A stretch of DNA of 18,433 bases from UHGV virus genome UHGV-0086921. The stretch is one strand, 5' to 3'. The position numbers were made by a program, and so were the translations under genes. Shown here piece after piece: positions 17,014 through 18,433 of the stretch. Position 1 is the stretch's first letter. The number at the start of each line of letters is the position of its first letter. The notes under the pieces were generated by a model. It made no database searches, was not told the DNA's origin, and saw nothing but the letters and a program-made list of their open reading frames with translations. Origin of the DNA: a virus.

Positions 17014-17942
17014 ATGATAAATCAATGTTTAAAAATTGCGATAAACGCATTGATTTCATTCAAAAAGAAGTCGATGCAATGAAGCAAAACAAAACCAGGT
17101 CCTTTGCTGACATGCTTCTTTATCGCTCCATGGATTCTCATCTGAGCGATTTGAAGGCCGAAAAATTAAAGCAAGATAGTCGGCACCCACTTATCGATTT
17201 TTTTGAGCTGCGGCTGAAAGGCTCTGAGGTTGACTTTGGCTCTATTCCTTTAGAGCTGCTTGGGGCTATTTCAACAAATCTTGCAGCGCTAATACAAAGA
17301 GCAACACACAAAATTGCCTCAGGCAAGGACTCAAAAAAAGTTCCCTACGACGTGAAAAGCTCCTTAAACCTCAGGCTGGCTGATTTATCCCCTGGGTCTA
17401 CAAAATTGGGCGTCACCTTCTCTACAGGAATAGCAGAATTAGTAGAAACAGTACCCAGCAAGGCTGTAAAAGGCATATTCGATTTGTTGTTAAGCGATGA
17501 CGACAACAACTTCATGAATCACGTCGCTGAAATTGGATACAATTCCACTGTAAGCCTTAAGAGAATCGTAGAGGAATGCGATAAACACAACTTAACATTT
17601 GATGCAAGTTGGACCGGTCCATTTAGTAATGGCACCAAGGTGGCAACTATTGACTCCAATAAAATTAAGTACTTGGTGAGTAGACTTACATCAACCATTT
17701 CATCCCCTCCCATTACTGAAACGGTTACAGGCGAACTGGTCGTTCTATCCAAATATGGGAAGCTGGAGCTTGATGTTGGTGGTGAACATTTAAAGGCTTC
17801 CTATCCGATTGAAATGCTAGATTTAATACAAAAAAAACACAAGGTCGGACAGATTGTTTCTCTTTTAGTGGAGACTACTGAGATTCACAATGATCGCATA
17901 GGTCTGTACCGTAAAAACCATCTTGTTAAATCGGTTCTTTAA
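17010..17942 (+). CDS. Hypothetical protein (310 aa), cargo gene B, translationally coupled to gene A
   Basis: Its start overlaps the gene A stop (ATGA at 17010-17013). No transmembrane segments are apparent and I recognise no family. AT-rich. Followed by a strong terminator. Confidence 0.6.
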   Translation: MNDKSMFKNCDKRIDFIQKEVDAMKQNKTRSFADMLLYRSMDSHLSDLKAEKLKQDSRHPLIDFFELRLKGSEVDFGSIPLELLGAISTNLAALIQRATHKIASGKDSKKVPYDVKSSLNLRLADLSPGSTKLGVTFSTGIAELVETVPSKAVKGIFDLLLSDDDNNFMNHVAEIGYNSTVSLKRIVEECDKHNLTFDASWTGPFSNGTKVATIDSNKIKYLVSRLTSTISSPPITETVTGELVVLSKYGKLELDVGGEHLKASYPIEMLDLIQKKHKVGQIVSLLVETTEIHNDRIGLYRKNHLVKSVL

Positions 17943-17949
17943 TATCTCA

Positions 17950-17976
17950 CCCGGCCACCGCGCCGGGTTTTTTATT
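17950..17976 (+). terminator. Intrinsic terminator ending the cI-cargo transcript (tIMM-like)
   Basis: CCCGGC-CACCGC-GCCGGG hairpin followed by TTTTTTATT, 8 nt after the gene B stop. Confidence 0.7.
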
Positions 17977-18189
17977 GTCCGCCGATCACTATCAGGACAG
18001 CACCTGCCAGCCGGTCCAAACAATTGATTAAATTACTATAATTCTTAATACAACTCCCATATCCCGCCATCTCGCCACCACCACCTTCGCTCGTTTTTCG
18101 AACTTTTCAGCACCCATCCTGCTGTTGCCACCGACTTAAGTAAGCAAAACCATCGCGGGTAAAACTATTTACACAAAAAAATCATACAC

Positions 18190-18255
18190 ATAACGTGTCA
18201 CACCTTTATTTTACACATTTTGTGATTGACCATTAAATCACAATATGTGACTATC
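18190..18255 (+). promoter_or_regulatory. Left operator/promoter region (OL/pL)
   Basis: Inverted repeat TTGTGATT-N8-AATCACAA (about 18220-18243) shares half-sites with the OR region. Candidate pL is TTGACC (about 18226) with a weak -10 about 17 bp downstream. nutL lies about 50 nt downstream. Confidence 0.5.
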
Positions 18256-18300
18256 ATTTCCATCAGCAGGACGCTGGTAGCCAAACGGAACATATTGGCA

Positions 18301-18342
18301 GGCTCTTTAACATTGATGGGATTGTCCCGCCGAAATGCGGGA
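18301..18342 (+). promoter_or_regulatory. nutL (boxA + boxB)
   Basis: boxA GGCTCTTTAACA and boxB TCCCGCCGAAATGCGGGA on the plus strand; the boxB is the exact reverse complement of the plus-strand sequence at nutR, so both transcripts carry the same hairpin. Confidence 0.6.
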
Positions 18343-18433
18343 ACTGAGTTTAACAAAACAGGAGGTGCCGTAATGGTGCACTAACGCGGTTAGACCGCAG
18401 CCGAAAGGCAATTCAGCAGTAATGATGCTGCCC

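Noticed and set aside
1-18433. Integrase, attachment site, transposase or IS element
   Set aside because: No tyrosine/serine recombinase-like or transposase-like ORF and no terminal inverted repeats were found; the window covers only the immunity-to-head portion of the phage.

Overview
This 18.4 kb window is a slice of a lambdoid (lambda-like) temperate phage or prophage from an enterobacterial host, shown in reverse orientation to the canonical lambda map. Minus strand, right to left: OR/pR, cro, nutR, cII, a replication initiator with an internal iteron origin, a DnaB-type helicase, a tR2-like terminator, a nin region (ninB, HNH endonuclease, Dam-type methyltransferase, ninE, ninF, Rha/antirepressor, DUF1364, rusA, ninH), Q, pR'/tR', the S-R-Rz/Rz1 lysis cassette, an orphan Cys/His-rich gene, terminase small and large subunits, portal, head morphogenesis protein, and the start of the next head gene. 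Plus strand: the cI repressor, then an AT-rich two-gene cassette in the slot where lambda carries rexA/rexB, a strong terminator, OL/pL and nutL. The genome is mosaic: S, R, Q, pR' and ninB look near-identical to phage lambda as I recall it, while the immunity, nut and replication modules are not lambda's. The most interesting candidate is the cI-linked cassette (a nucleotidyltransferase-fold protein plus a 310 aa orphan), which I propose as a possible undescribed lysogen-expressed defence or toxin-antitoxin module. Secondary candidates are the orphan gene between lysis and packaging and a roughly 420 bp repeat-flanked insertion between tR' and S. No rRNA, tRNA, CRISPR array, integrase or transposase was found. 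All homology statements come from reading the translations and from memory, not from a database search. ORF coordinates follow the supplied track; hand-counted coordinates for non-ORF sites may be off by a few nt.
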